A DNA stretch of 64,000 bases from Collinsella sp. (lineage in GTDB: Bacteria; Actinomycetota; Coriobacteriia; Coriobacteriales; Coriobacteriaceae), in the NCBI GenBank assembly GCA_019419645.1, contig DXZN01000005.1:205-64204 (forward strand), in the 5' to 3' direction. A program made the translations under genes and the position numbers. This document shows positions 39,146 through 49,743 of the stretch, one piece after another. Each line of letters starts with the position of its first letter. The first letter of the stretch is position 1. The notes beneath the pieces were generated by a model, which was given only the letters and a program-made list of their open reading frames with translations, made no database searches and was not told the origin of the DNA.

Positions 39146-40510
39146 ATGGCGATCACGCCTGCAGAAATCGCGGAAACCCGCGGCATGGTTGAGGAGCAGA
39201 ACCTCGACATCAGGACCATCACCATGGGTGTTTCGCTCATGGGTTGCGGCGACGAGAACCTCGACCGCATGTGCACGAAGATCTACGACCACGTGACGCA
39301 CACGGCTGAGCATCTGGTCGAGACCGCCGAGAACCTCGAGCGCGAGTACGGTATCCCCATCGTCAACAAGCGCGTTTCCGTCACCCCGGTGGCGCAGATC
39401 GCCGCGTGCTGCAAGGATGAGGACCTCACCCCCATCGCGCACGCCCTCGACCGCGCGGCCGAGACACTCGGCATCGATTACCTGGGCGGCTTCTCCGCAC
39501 TCGTCCAGAAGGGCATCGGCGACGCCGATCGCCGCGTTATCCAGTCCATCCCCCAGGCGCTCGCCACCACGAGCCGCGTCTGCTCCAGCGTCAACGTCGC
39601 CAGCCTGCGCGCCGGTATCAACATGGATGCCGTGCTCATGGCCGCCCAGACTATCATCGATGCCGCTAAACTCACGGCCGACCAGGATTCCGTCGGCGCT
39701 TCCAAGTTTGTCTGCTTTGCCAACATGGTCGAGGACTCCCCGTTTATGGCGGGCGCCGTCCACGGCGGTGGCGAGGCCGACGCCGTCATCAACGTAGGCG
39801 TCTCGGGCCCCGGCGTTATGGCCGCAGCCCTGGAGACGCTGCCCGATTCCGCCTCGATGATGGAAGTCGCCGAAAAGATTAAGCAGACCGCCTTTAAGAT
39901 CACCCGTGCCGGCGAGCTCATGAGCCGCGAGGCCGCCCATCGTCTGGGTGTCGAGAAGGGCATTGTCGACCTGTCGCTGGCTCCCACGCCTGCCATCGGC
40001 GACTCCGTCGCGCGCATCCTCGAGATCATCGGCGTGGGCACCTGCGGTGGCCCGGGCACGACCTGCGCGCTCGCCATGCTCAACGATGCCGTCAAGAAGG
40101 GCGGCGTCATGGCCAGCTCCAGCGTGGGCGGTCTTTCCGGCGCCTTTATCCCCGTGTCCGAGGACGCCGGCATGATCGCCGCCGTCGAGGCCGGTGCGCT
40201 TTCGCTCGAGAAGCTCGAGGCCATGACCTGCGTGTGCTCCGTGGGCCTGGACATGATCGCCATCCCCGGCGACACCCCGGTCGAGACCATCGCCGGCATC
40301 ATCGCCGACGAGATGGCCATCGGCGTCATCAACAACAAGACCACGGCCGTCCGCGTGATTCCTGCCATCGGCAAGGGCGTGGGTGACTGCGTCGAGTACG
40401 GCGGCCTGTTCGGCCGTGCGCCCATCATGCCGGTGAACCCCAACGCCGGCACCGTGCTTGCCCATCGCGGTGGACGCTTCCCGGCGCCGCTGAACTCGCT
40501 GAAGAACTAG
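39146..40510 (+). CDS. PFL family protein (DUF711/UPF0210)
   Basis: [46 protein letters not shown]. Confidence 0.92.
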   Translation: MAITPAEIAETRGMVEEQNLDIRTITMGVSLMGCGDENLDRMCTKIYDHVTHTAEHLVETAENLEREYGIPIVNKRVSVTPVAQIAACCKDEDLTPIAHALDRAAETLGIDYLGGFSALVQKGIGDADRRVIQSIPQALATTSRVCSSVNVASLRAGINMDAVLMAAQTIIDAAKLTADQDSVGASKFVCFANMVEDSPFMAGAVHGGGEADAVINVGVSGPGVMAAALETLPDSASMMEVAEKIKQTAFKITRAGELMSREAAHRLGVEKGIVDLSLAPTPAIGDSVARILEIIGVGTCGGPGTTCALAMLNDAVKKGGVMASSSVGGLSGAFIPVSEDAGMIAAVEAGALSLEKLEAMTCVCSVGLDMIAIPGDTPVETIAGIIADEMAIGVINNKTTAVRVIPAIGKGVGDCVEYGGLFGRAPIMPVNPNAGTVLAHRGGRFPAPLNSLKN

Positions 40511-40527
40511 CTGAGGGGGACTGGCGA

Positions 40528-40661
40528 GGAGCCCCGGGGAGGGCAAATATATAAGGTCGCCTGCTCGGACAGTCCTGGCTCGCACGGAGAGCACATTAAG
40601 TGCTCTCCGGCTCGTGCGGAACTCGCGATCGACCTTATATATTTGCCCTCCCCGGGGCTCC
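40528..40661 (+). repeat. Long hairpin element (32-bp perfect inverted arms plus conserved core), copy 1
   Basis: Arms 40528-40559 and 40630-40661; core ACAGTCCTG..GGAGAGCACATTAAGTGCTCTCC..GTGCGGAACTC. Confidence 0.88.
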
Positions 40662-40828
40662 CGCACAACGGGACCTCAGTTGGGTTCTATCCCGGTTGCA
40701 GTTGCTTCGCTCCTGCACCACTTGGCTGGTGCGGCGGTTTGGCGTTGGAACGGTTCTTTTTCTGATATATGCTGGTTGCGGCTCTTCTTTTGGGAGGAGT
40801 CGCTTTTTTGTTGTGAGGGGGATGGCCC

Positions 40829-41716
40829 GTGGCTGATGGTGTAATTCAATCTGAGCTGCTTTCTGCTGATTGGAATGGCGAATGGATGCGTCTGCAAGCT
40901 GATCGGCGACGGGCTGTTGATTCTTTTGAGTGGGATAAGCGGGCTCGGCATTTTCGTCCGCTGGAGACTGCTCCGTATACGCGGGATTTTATAAAGCTGC
41001 TGGCGCTTGATCCTGGTGAGTCGGTGCTCGATATGGGGTGCGGGGCTGGGTCGATTGCTATTCCGCTTGCTCAGGCTGGACATCCTATAATTGCAGCCGA
41101 CTTCTCCCCCGCTATGTTGGGCACCCTTGATGCCGGCGTTGAGTACTATGGGCTCGAGGACCTGATTACGCCGCTTGAGCTTGCCTGGGATGATGATTGG
41201 GATCTGGTTGGGCCGGTTGCCAAGGCTGTTGATGTTGCCTTTGCGAGTCGCTCGGTTACTACGAACGACCTGAAGGGGGCGCTTGCCAAGCTTGACCGTA
41301 CGGCTCGTCGGCGTTGTGCCGTCACGATGGTCGCCAACTCCAGACCGCGTTATGACCTGCACTTGATGAACGCCATCGGCGACTCGGTTACCTGTAGCAA
41401 TGGTTTTGTGTACGCCTTTAACATCCTTATTCAGATGGGGGCACTGCCGCAGGTCACGTATTTTGAATCGCCCCGACGCGACACCTTCGATAGTCTCGAA
41501 GCGGGCGTGGCAGACTTTTCTCGCATGCTCGAACATGGCAACGAGGATAAGATCGACCGCCTGCGCGACTATATCGCCCACCACATGATCGAGAACCCCC
41601 ATGCCGGCGAGCCGGGATCCAAGGGCGTACCGCAGGGACGCTACATGCTCGACCACATCCGCAAAGTCCGATGGGCGTTTATCGCCTGGGAGCCGGTCTC
41701 CGTACCCCGCCCGTAG
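40829..41716 (+). CDS. Class I SAM-dependent methyltransferase
   Basis: SVLDMGCGAG, DFSPAML, DVAFASRS. Confidence 0.88.
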   Translation: MADGVIQSELLSADWNGEWMRLQADRRRAVDSFEWDKRARHFRPLETAPYTRDFIKLLALDPGESVLDMGCGAGSIAIPLAQAGHPIIAADFSPAMLGTLDAGVEYYGLEDLITPLELAWDDDWDLVGPVAKAVDVAFASRSVTTNDLKGALAKLDRTARRRCAVTMVANSRPRYDLHLMNAIGDSVTCSNGFVYAFNILIQMGALPQVTYFESPRRDTFDSLEAGVADFSRMLEHGNEDKIDRLRDYIAHHMIENPHAGEPGSKGVPQGRYMLDHIRKVRWAFIAWEPVSVPRP

Positions 41717-41874
41717 CCCATCTAAAGCTTGCATCGTCTTCCCGTCCGGCATCCGCATTCTTTGCGAACTGGGCAAACGCGCTCCACACCGCGCCGTTCC
41801 TGCGCTATCGTGGGACAGCTCACGTAGATTAAGGCCCCATCGCGGGGCGCCCCATACATAGAAAGCGAGAACCC

Positions 41875-42174
41875 ATGGCACTGACAGGAGCCCAGGTCAA
41901 GCAGCTTCGCAGCATGGCCCATCACCTCAACCCCGCCATCATCATCGGTAAGTCCGATGTCAACGAGGGCACCGTCGAGCAGACGGTTGCCTACCTGGAG
42001 AAGCACGAGCTCGTTAAGTGCTCCGTGCTGGACGGCTCCAGCCTTTCTGCCCGCGAGGCCGCCGAGGAGCTCGCTGAGCGCTGCCACGCCGACGTCGTTC
42101 AGGTTATCGGCCGCAAGTTCTCGCTGTATCGCGAGTCCTCGCGCAAGGATATCGAGAAGATCAAGCTCGTCTAA
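41875..42174 (+). CDS. yhbY: YhbY family RNA-binding protein
   Basis: LRSMAHHLNP.IIIGK, HELVK, VQVIG..F.LYR. Confidence 0.92.
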   Translation: MALTGAQVKQLRSMAHHLNPAIIIGKSDVNEGTVEQTVAYLEKHELVKCSVLDGSSLSAREAAEELAERCHADVVQVIGRKFSLYRESSRKDIEKIKLV

Positions 42175-42232
42175 AACCGACTGGCCATACCGAGTAGTCC
42201 GCGGGCGTCCGATTGATTCGGACGCCCGTTTT

Positions 42233-45229
42233 TTATCGCTCGACAAGCACGCGCTTGAGTCTGCCTTCGACCAGGCGCTCATACAGACGCCTTGTCTCGG
42301 GCTCGGGCACGCCTTGAACCTGCTCTCTTAGGTGGTGCATGTGGCCGCTGTACAACTCAACAACATCGCGACGTCGTCCCGCCGCACCGTAAACGCGCAT
42401 GGCGCAGCGAACCATGTCCTCGCGCGCCGTCTCCTGGCGAAGCCCCGATTCCACGAGCCAAATTGCCGATTGCAGGTCATTTTCCTCGAGAGCGGCATTC
42501 GCTCCCCTAATCATGCAGTCGATGTACTTGGATTGCATAATGTGGCGCATACGCGTAAAGAACGTGGGATTGCAACCGGTGGGAACATACAGCGGGCCCG
42601 CGTAGAGTTGCTCGACCTTAAGACATAGCTCAACCAGGTGAGGGCCTCTCGCACCCATACGGTTTCCCAAGATCTCACGGCTCAGCTGGTCAAAGAGCCT
42701 TACATCGGTCTTAACGTAGTCGCCGTTGAGCCCAATGCACTCGTTTTGGATGACCACGCACGTCTTTCCGTCTGGCGTTGGGCCCAAAGCCGAGCGCAAG
42801 CGCGATACCGTCGAATACAGATTGTTGCGCGCGGCGTTAAACTCGGCATGGGGCCACAACTCCATGGCGATTGTCTCGCGGTCGACCATGGCATCCATAC
42901 CCAGCGCAAGACGTTCGGCAAGTGTTGCCGCCTTTTTGCGACGCCACATCTTATCCGTGATGGGAAAACCGTCGCGCTCGGCGCGAAACGCGCCAAACAT
43001 GCGCATCTCAATATGACCGATGGTATCGACAGCCTCAACCTCGCCCGCCTGGAACAGGTGCTCGCTTTCACCCTCAAAGTCATCGCGTAGTGAATACCGT
43101 GACAGCTCGCGCACCGGAAGCTTCTTGCGAATCCTAGCGGCAGGCTCGCCCAGGCAATGCATCGCAAGACGCGCAAAAAGCCGATACGATGGGTCTAAAA
43201 TCCCCGAGCGATTCATAGACATCCAGGCAGCAAGATCGCTATCGCGGCCCGCAGCGGCCAGGTGCAGCGCCACGATCCAAGCTTCTGAGCCACCGACCTG
43301 CGTCTTGCTAATATCAAGCAGCTCCGCCTCTTCGCGAACCGATACCAGCGACGTATTGCGCAGATACGCCACGCGCTCCAGCAGCAAAGCGTTTTCGCGC
43401 ATGTACGTAATCGATTCGTCGGCGAGCTTGAGCACCTGGACCGCGCGGAACTTTGCGTTGACCGGCCGCCCCTCCGCCAGCGATTGCCAGCCCTCCAGCA
43501 ATAGCCCAAACAGCTGAATTTGATTGTCGCGAACACGCACCGCAAAGCGGTCGAGCTCGCCAAACGCCACATCGTCGGTCACGGGCAAGCCCGCGAGCAG
43601 GCGCCGCGCCGCCAGCACCATACGCAGCCAAATGGATGGCGCCTTAAGCCCGCGGATATCGAGCGCCTCGAGTATCTGCGCCATCTTGTCATCGCGCTCG
43701 TCGGGTTTAGCAAACGAGCCGTCGAACAGCTCCACCAGCATATGGTCGGCCTGTATGAGAATCCCCGCGATGTCGAGCTCGCAATCATAGGCTTTGCGCG
43801 CCTTGAGCTTCGCGAGAACATTGCCGTCTTTCGCTCGCTCGGTTAGGTGGCGCTTGACCTCGATATGCGCGGACAGCATGTCGAGCACCTCGCAGGATGT
43901 CTGTTCTTGCACAACAGGGTTGGCGGGAAGCCCCAGGTCATTGTCGCCGTAAAAGGCGATAGTGAGCGCCTGGGCTATTTTCCAGGTAGCGGGGTCGAGC
44001 TCGCGCGCCGCCTGATCGCCCGCACGTTCGATAATGGACGCCATATACCTTGCGAGCTTTGTATTGCACACGCTGACAGCCGCCAGATACACGCCGAGCG
44101 CCTCGGCGGGTGCCGGCTCTTTCTCCTGCTTTTCCGCATTGACCATCGCCGTCGTCGCGCGGCAAATGTCCCCTCCGTGCCCGGTCAGGGCAAGATCGGC
44201 CCCATACTGCCCGGCAAGTTCCAACACCACATGGCGGTCCAAGAACGCGTCGGCCAGGTCCATAGCCAAATCGCATCGGCCCGCCTTAATCAAAATGCGA
44301 GCAGCCCGCGATACAAGTTCGGGACGGATCTCGGCAACGAGCTTTCGCAGCCTCAGGCGCGCGTTGTCCTTAGCGCCCAAACACCTAAAGGTGCGATCAG
44401 ACGGATCCACGCCAAAAAACGGATAATCGCGCACAAAGATGGACTGGTCGATCATCGAAAGCCTTACACCGCACGCCTCCAGCTCCGCAATGCGGCCCTC
44501 GCCCATCAGCACCATCAAGCAGGCAACGGTAAACAACAGGTTGTTCTCGAGCGATGCGAGATCTGCCAGCGCCGCACCGTACACGTTGACGATTTCGTTC
44601 TCGAGCAACCCGGAAACATCGCCCTGTCCATACATTCCCGTCTGCAGGGCAGATACCAGCTCTGGCACACCCTGCGTGAGCCGATAAAAATCGAGCGATG
44701 TACTGATCGAAAACGCCGTAGCCCATGACGAATACTCATAGGCGTGCACCTTGAGCATCTGCGCATTGACTTTTACAGAATCGCCCAGCCCGTGGATAAG
44801 CAATCGGTTGGAGGGGCGGCAAGTAATAAAGACCCCCGTCCCCGTAGCACGTAAGCTGCGGATTCGATCGATGAGGTCCTCTGTTTCGCGCTGCTCGAGA
44901 TTGGGCACGTTGTCGATTGCCACGAGCGAATGCGGTTTGTCCTTAAGCTCATCGGCGACAACCTCGAGCTGCATAAAGAGCTCGCGTCCAATCGCGCGGT
45001 CGGCCTCGATTATCCGAACCGGCCCTCGCGTGGGATCCGATTTAACTTCCTGCACGTATTGCAGCAATACCGACGTCTTACCAAACCCGTCGGGCGCGTA
45101 AAGCAGAACGATTCCTGCCTTGCGCCCTTTAACGATGAGCTCGTTCATCAAGCGATCGCGCCGCACCATATAGCCGCCGCCCGTCGGCATCAACTCGAGG
45201 TCGTCCGTATTGCCCAGATCGTTTACCAT
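42233..45229 (-). CDS. Large MalT/SARP-like regulator (N-terminal P-loop, C-terminal wHTH + BTAD)
   Basis: APDGFGKT Walker A; C-terminal RMFG.F, LWP..ARNNLY.TVSRLR, LYAGPL, Y....L....G.PEPET BTAD pattern. Confidence 0.82.
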   Translation of the reverse strand: MVNDLGNTDDLELMPTGGGYMVRRDRLMNELIVKGRKAGIVLLYAPDGFGKTSVLLQYVQEVKSDPTRGPVRIIEADRAIGRELFMQLEVVADELKDKPHSLVAIDNVPNLEQRETEDLIDRIRSLRATGTGVFITCRPSNRLLIHGLGDSVKVNAQMLKVHAYEYSSWATAFSISTSLDFYRLTQGVPELVSALQTGMYGQGDVSGLLENEIVNVYGAALADLASLENNLLFTVACLMVLMGEGRIAELEACGVRLSMIDQSIFVRDYPFFGVDPSDRTFRCLGAKDNARLRLRKLVAEIRPELVSRAARILIKAGRCDLAMDLADAFLDRHVVLELAGQYGADLALTGHGGDICRATTAMVNAEKQEKEPAPAEALGVYLAAVSVCNTKLARYMASIIERAGDQAARELDPATWKIAQALTIAFYGDNDLGLPANPVVQEQTSCEVLDMLSAHIEVKRHLTERAKDGNVLAKLKARKAYDCELDIAGILIQADHMLVELFDGSFAKPDERDDKMAQILEALDIRGLKAPSIWLRMVLAARRLLAGLPVTDDVAFGELDRFAVRVRDNQIQLFGLLLEGWQSLAEGRPVNAKFRAVQVLKLADESITYMRENALLLERVAYLRNTSLVSVREEAELLDISKTQVGGSEAWIVALHLAAAGRDSDLAAWMSMNRSGILDPSYRLFARLAMHCLGEPAARIRKKLPVRELSRYSLRDDFEGESEHLFQAGEVEAVDTIGHIEMRMFGAFRAERDGFPITDKMWRRKKAATLAERLALGMDAMVDRETIAMELWPHAEFNAARNNLYSTVSRLRSALGPTPDGKTCVVIQNECIGLNGDYVKTDVRLFDQLSREILGNRMGARGPHLVELCLKVEQLYAGPLYVPTGCNPTFFTRMRHIMQSKYIDCMIRGANAALEENDLQSAIWLVESGLRQETAREDMVRCAMRVYGAAGRRRDVVELYSGHMHHLREQVQGVPEPETRRLYERLVEGRLKRVLVER

Positions 45230-45619
45230 GCCTGCTCCTCAACTCGACCATATGGACACCGTAGCTGCAGGACCATATGAGCCACCCCGTGAATAGCGCG
45301 ACTTAGAGTTTTTGGTTGTCTGCCGGTACGTGTTTGGCAAGTTTTTGTACAGCGAGGCCCGATGGTAATTTATCCCCCGACCAATAGGTCTTTGCGCAGG
45401 TCAATGCGCTTGCCAGCATGTCCTATCCAATTTGCAGTGTAGCGCAGCCGTCTGTTTTTATTTGAGTTGCGCAACTCGCCTATTCCTCGCTACCGCTTGC
45501 GACTCTATAGTGGCAAATGTGCATAGAATCTGGTACGGAATGAATCTCATGATTTAGAGCCCACTCGCCAAGCATGTGGCAAGGTTTCCGTCATGCACAC
45601 ATTACGGCCCGCATCCACT

Positions 45620-45650
45620 AAAAAGGCCCCCGCAAAGCGAGGGCCTTTTG
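45620..45650 (-). terminator. Terminator after nagB
   Basis: aaaaggccc...gggcctttt hairpin with T-tracts. Confidence 0.7.
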
Positions 45651-45678
45651 GAAAGCTATGTAAGATCGCTTGGTCGCG

Positions 45679-46407
45679 TTACTCGCAGAGCGAAAGAGCG
45701 GCCTCGTCAGCAACGACGACGCAATTGGTGTGGAGCTGCAGGATCGAAGCGGGGCACTCGGGCGTAACCGGGCCATAGCACATATCGTGCACAGCCTGAG
45801 CCTTGGCCTCACCGTTGGCGACAACCAGGATCATGCGGGCATACATGATGGTCTGGGTGCCCATGGTGTAAGCCTGACGGGGCACATCATCGATGCTGTC
45901 GAACAGGCGGCTGTTGGCCTGAATGGTGCTCTCGGTCAGATCGACGCAGTGCGTACCCTTGGAGAAGTGGTCATCGGGCTCGTTGAAGCCAATATGACCG
46001 TTATTACCAATGCCGAGCAGCTGCAGATCCGGGTAACCGGCGGCAGCGACGATCTTGTCGTACTCGGAGCAGGCAGCAGCGGCATCGGGGTTGGAGCCAT
46101 CGGGCACGTGCGTGTTGTTCAGATCAATATTGATGTGATCGAAGAAGTTCTCGCGCATAAAGTAGTGATAGCTCTGGGGATCGTCGTGCGAAAGACCACG
46201 ATACTCGTCCAGGTTATAGGTGCTGACCTCGGCGAAGTCGACGTCGCCCTTCTCGTACCAAGCGGCGAGCTGCTTGTAGGCGCCAATCGGGGTGGAGCCG
46301 GTGGCAAGACCCAGTACGCAATCGGGCTTGAGGATAACCTGGGCCGAGATGATATTGGCGGCCTTGCGGCTCATATCCTCGTAGTCTTTAGCTTTAATGA
46401 TTTTCAT
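45679..46407 (-). CDS. nagB: Glucosamine-6-phosphate deaminase
   Basis: LGLATGSTP, NLDEY, LLGIG.NGHIGFNEP, PASILQLH. Confidence 0.96.
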   Translation of the reverse strand: MKIIKAKDYEDMSRKAANIISAQVILKPDCVLGLATGSTPIGAYKQLAAWYEKGDVDFAEVSTYNLDEYRGLSHDDPQSYHYFMRENFFDHINIDLNNTHVPDGSNPDAAAACSEYDKIVAAAGYPDLQLLGIGNNGHIGFNEPDDHFSKGTHCVDLTESTIQANSRLFDSIDDVPRQAYTMGTQTIMYARMILVVANGEAKAQAVHDMCYGPVTPECPASILQLHTNCVVVADEAALSLCE

Positions 46408-46679
46408 TACGCGTCCTTTCTCGTACAAGAGAGGCAAGGCTCCCCTTACAAGCACTTGCCCGCGGCCCGCGTCGGCCGCAACCAACGTGTGCGGCCACCA
46501 GGGCGAGGTCGCGTAATGTATGTGTCTCGTGTCTAGCCGCGTCGAGGCCCCTGCCCGTCCACGGTGACCCAAAGCTGTTTAGCCTCGGACGTTTCCCATC
46601 TTGCCACGGAGGGCGTCCTCTTTCAAGGGCGCCCTCCGTAAACGTGTTTGAATTGTAGGCTAAAGGCCAAAAGCACCAA

Positions 46680-47177
46680 CTAGCGCTCGCGAGCGACGAT
46701 AAGCTGGTCCATCTCCTCGACATGCTCGCCAACGGAGCCCTTGATGCTCGAGAACTCAACGGAGTTGCACACCAAGATGGGAACCGTCACATCGTAGCCC
46801 TCGGCAGCAATTGCCTCGCGATCGAACTCGATAAGTACATCGCCCTTATGGACAATATCGCCCACCTGCGCATGTACAGTAAAATGCTTGCCCTCGAGCT
46901 GAACAGTGTCCAAACCAACGTGAATAAGCACGTCCAAGCCATCGACCGTGTTAAGCGCAACGGCATGACCCGTGGGAAAAATCGCCTCGACCTTAGCATC
47001 CGTCGGCGCAATCACACGTGTGCCCGTGGGCTGAATCGCCACGCCCTGACCCAAAAGGCCAGTGGCAAACGTCTGGTCGTTTACCTCGGAAAGCGGAATG
47101 ACATCGCCCGAGATGGGAGCATCCAGCGTAAGGACTCGACCACGCATACCAAAAGACCTTAGGACTTTAGTGAACAT
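46680..47177 (-). CDS. crr: PTS glucose-family EIIA component
   Basis: APISG.VIPL.EV.D..F, FPTGHA, LIHVGLDTV.L.G. Confidence 0.9.
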   Translation of the reverse strand: MFTKVLRSFGMRGRVLTLDAPISGDVIPLSEVNDQTFATGLLGQGVAIQPTGTRVIAPTDAKVEAIFPTGHAVALNTVDGLDVLIHVGLDTVQLEGKHFTVHAQVGDIVHKGDVLIEFDREAIAAEGYDVTVPILVCNSVEFSSIKGSVGEHVEEMDQLIVARER

Positions 47178-47248
47178 GCTCCCCCTCGGACATACCGATC
47201 AATCAAAATAACCTTAACAGTTTACCACTTGGCACCCGTTTTTGACCA

Positions 47249-48586
47249 TTAGGGAAGTTCGCGCTTGACAACCTCGACGATGTCGTCGACAACGCGCTGG
47301 GTCAGCTCGTGCGTCTCGGCCTCGGCCATCACGCGGACCAGCGGCTCAGTACCGCTCGGGCGCACCAGAATGCGGCCGCGGCCGTCAAGCTCCTTCTCGG
47401 CAGCAGCGACGGCATCCCAGATGGGCTGGCAATCGTCCAGACCAGCCTTGTTGTCGGAATGCACGTTAACGAGTACCTGCGGGTACTTCTTCATGATGCC
47501 GGCAAGATCGGTGAGGGTACGACCGGTGCGCTTGAGCACGGCCAGCAGCTGCAGAGCCGTCACCAGGCCGTCACCGGTGGTGTTGTGCTCTAGGAAGATG
47601 ATGTGGCCGGACTGTTCGCCGCCGATGACGGCGCCGTCCGCGAGCATGCGCTCAAGAACATAACGGTCGCCCACAGCGGTCTGAACCATTTCGAAGCCCT
47701 GCTCCTTCATAGCGATGGAGAAACCCAGGTTGCACATGACGGTCGAGACGATCTCGGAGTTGGCGAGCTTGCCACGAGCGGCGAGGTCAGAACCGCAGAT
47801 AGCCAGGATGTAGTCACCGTCGATCTCGTTGCCCTCGCTGTCCACGAACAGTACGCGGTCGGCGTCGCCGTCGTGGGCCAGGCCGATATCGGCGTGGGTG
47901 CGCAGCACGAGCTCGCGCAGGGGCTCAAGGTGCGTAGAGCCACACTCAACGTTAATGTCGGTGCCGCAATAATCGGTGTTGATGGCATGGACCGTGGCAC
48001 CCAGGCGCTGCAGCGCGGCGGGCGTGGTCTGGCAGGAAGCACCGTGACCGCAGTCGACGGCAACGACCAGGCCATCGAGCCTCAGGCCATCAAGCGTATC
48101 GATGGCGTGGTCGACGTATGCCTTGCGGGCATCCTTCATCTTGATGATGTGGCCCACGCCGGCACCGGTCGGCAGCGTGTCGGCAGCCATGGCTTCCTCG
48201 GACATGACCCAGGCGCTGATCTCTTCCTCGACAGCATCGGGAAGCTTCATGCCCTTGCGGCTAAAGAACTTGATGCCGTTGAACTCCGGCGGATTATGCG
48301 AAGCAGAGATGACGATGCCGCCGTCGAGCTCGTTTTGAACGGTGAGCAGCGCCACGGCAGGCGTGGGGATGACGCCGCAGCAGTGCGGACGGCCGCCCTC
48401 GGCCATGATGCCGGCAGTCAGAGCGCTCTCGAGCATGGTGCCCGAAAGACGCGTGTCGCGGCCGATGCAGATGTCCGGACCAAGAAACTTGGTCGCCGCG
48501 CGACCCAGGCGAAACGCGAGGTCGCACGAGAGGTCGGCGTTGGCGACGCCACGGACGCCGTCGGTACCGAAGATGTTCTGGGGCAT
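47249..48586 (-). CDS. glmM: Phosphoglucosamine mutase
   Basis: FGTDGVRG, ISASHNP, DGDADR, GGEQSGH, RPSGTEP. Confidence 0.96.
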   Translation of the reverse strand: MPQNIFGTDGVRGVANADLSCDLAFRLGRAATKFLGPDICIGRDTRLSGTMLESALTAGIMAEGGRPHCCGVIPTPAVALLTVQNELDGGIVISASHNPPEFNGIKFFSRKGMKLPDAVEEEISAWVMSEEAMAADTLPTGAGVGHIIKMKDARKAYVDHAIDTLDGLRLDGLVVAVDCGHGASCQTTPAALQRLGATVHAINTDYCGTDINVECGSTHLEPLRELVLRTHADIGLAHDGDADRVLFVDSEGNEIDGDYILAICGSDLAARGKLANSEIVSTVMCNLGFSIAMKEQGFEMVQTAVGDRYVLERMLADGAVIGGEQSGHIIFLEHNTTGDGLVTALQLLAVLKRTGRTLTDLAGIMKKYPQVLVNVHSDNKAGLDDCQPIWDAVAAAEKELDGRGRILVRPSGTEPLVRVMAEAETHELTQRVVDDIVEVVKRELP

Positions 48587-48709
48587 AGGATCGCTCCTTC
48601 CCTAGCAGGCGATATGCAACCGCCCACCCTAGTCGAAAAAGAAAAGCGGGACCCGCCGAGGAATCGGCAGGCCCCGCTTGTACATTGTATCTCGAAAGGA
48701 GATAAAACC

Positions 48710-49105
<396 letters not shown>

Positions 49106-49107
49106 CT

Positions 49108-49551
49108 TTAAGCCTCCAGCTCAATCTTCGTGGGGTTCTGGGCAGCATGCGGATGCTCGGCACCAGCGTAGACCTTAAGCTTGGTCATCTGGGCACGGCC
49201 GAGGGTGGTCTTGGGCAGCATACCGCGAACGGCGCGCTCGATGACCTTCTCCGGGTGCTTCTCCATAGCCTGGCGGAAGCTCTCAGCCTTGAGGCCGCCG
49301 TTGTAGCCGCTGTGGCGATAATAGGTCTTCGTGTCGGCCTTGTTACCGGTAAGCTGGACCTTATCGGCGTTGATGACGACAACGAAGTCGCCGCAGTCGC
49401 TGTTGGGCGTGAACTGGGGCTTGTTCTTACCGCGCAGGATCATTGCGATCTGGGTGGCAAGACGGCCCAGGACAGCACCATCGGCGTCGACGAGAACCCA
49501 GTTGCGCTGGACCTCGCCCTGCTTGGCGTAGTGAGTCGATTTCGAAATCAC
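49108..49551 (-). CDS. rplM: 50S ribosomal protein L13
   Basis: [29 protein letters not shown]. Confidence 0.98.
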   Translation of the reverse strand: MISKSTHYAKQGEVQRNWVLVDADGAVLGRLATQIAMILRGKNKPQFTPNSDCGDFVVVINADKVQLTGNKADTKTYYRHSGYNGGLKAESFRQAMEKHPEKVIERAVRGMLPKTTLGRAQMTKLKVYAGAEHPHAAQNPTKIELEA

Positions 49552-49743
49552 TTAGACTCCTCCATGTACAGTACGTGTTGTTACAGAGATTCACGGGGCT
49601 CTGCAAGTAACCCGTCCATATTACCCCGCTCGTCGCCCGAGTCAACAGGTATTTTGGCTCCGACCAGAGTTTCTGCACATGTCATCCACGAGCCGTGATT
49701 TTCCAGCTCTTTAGCTGTTTTCATTTTTGAGGGTTCGCCGTCT

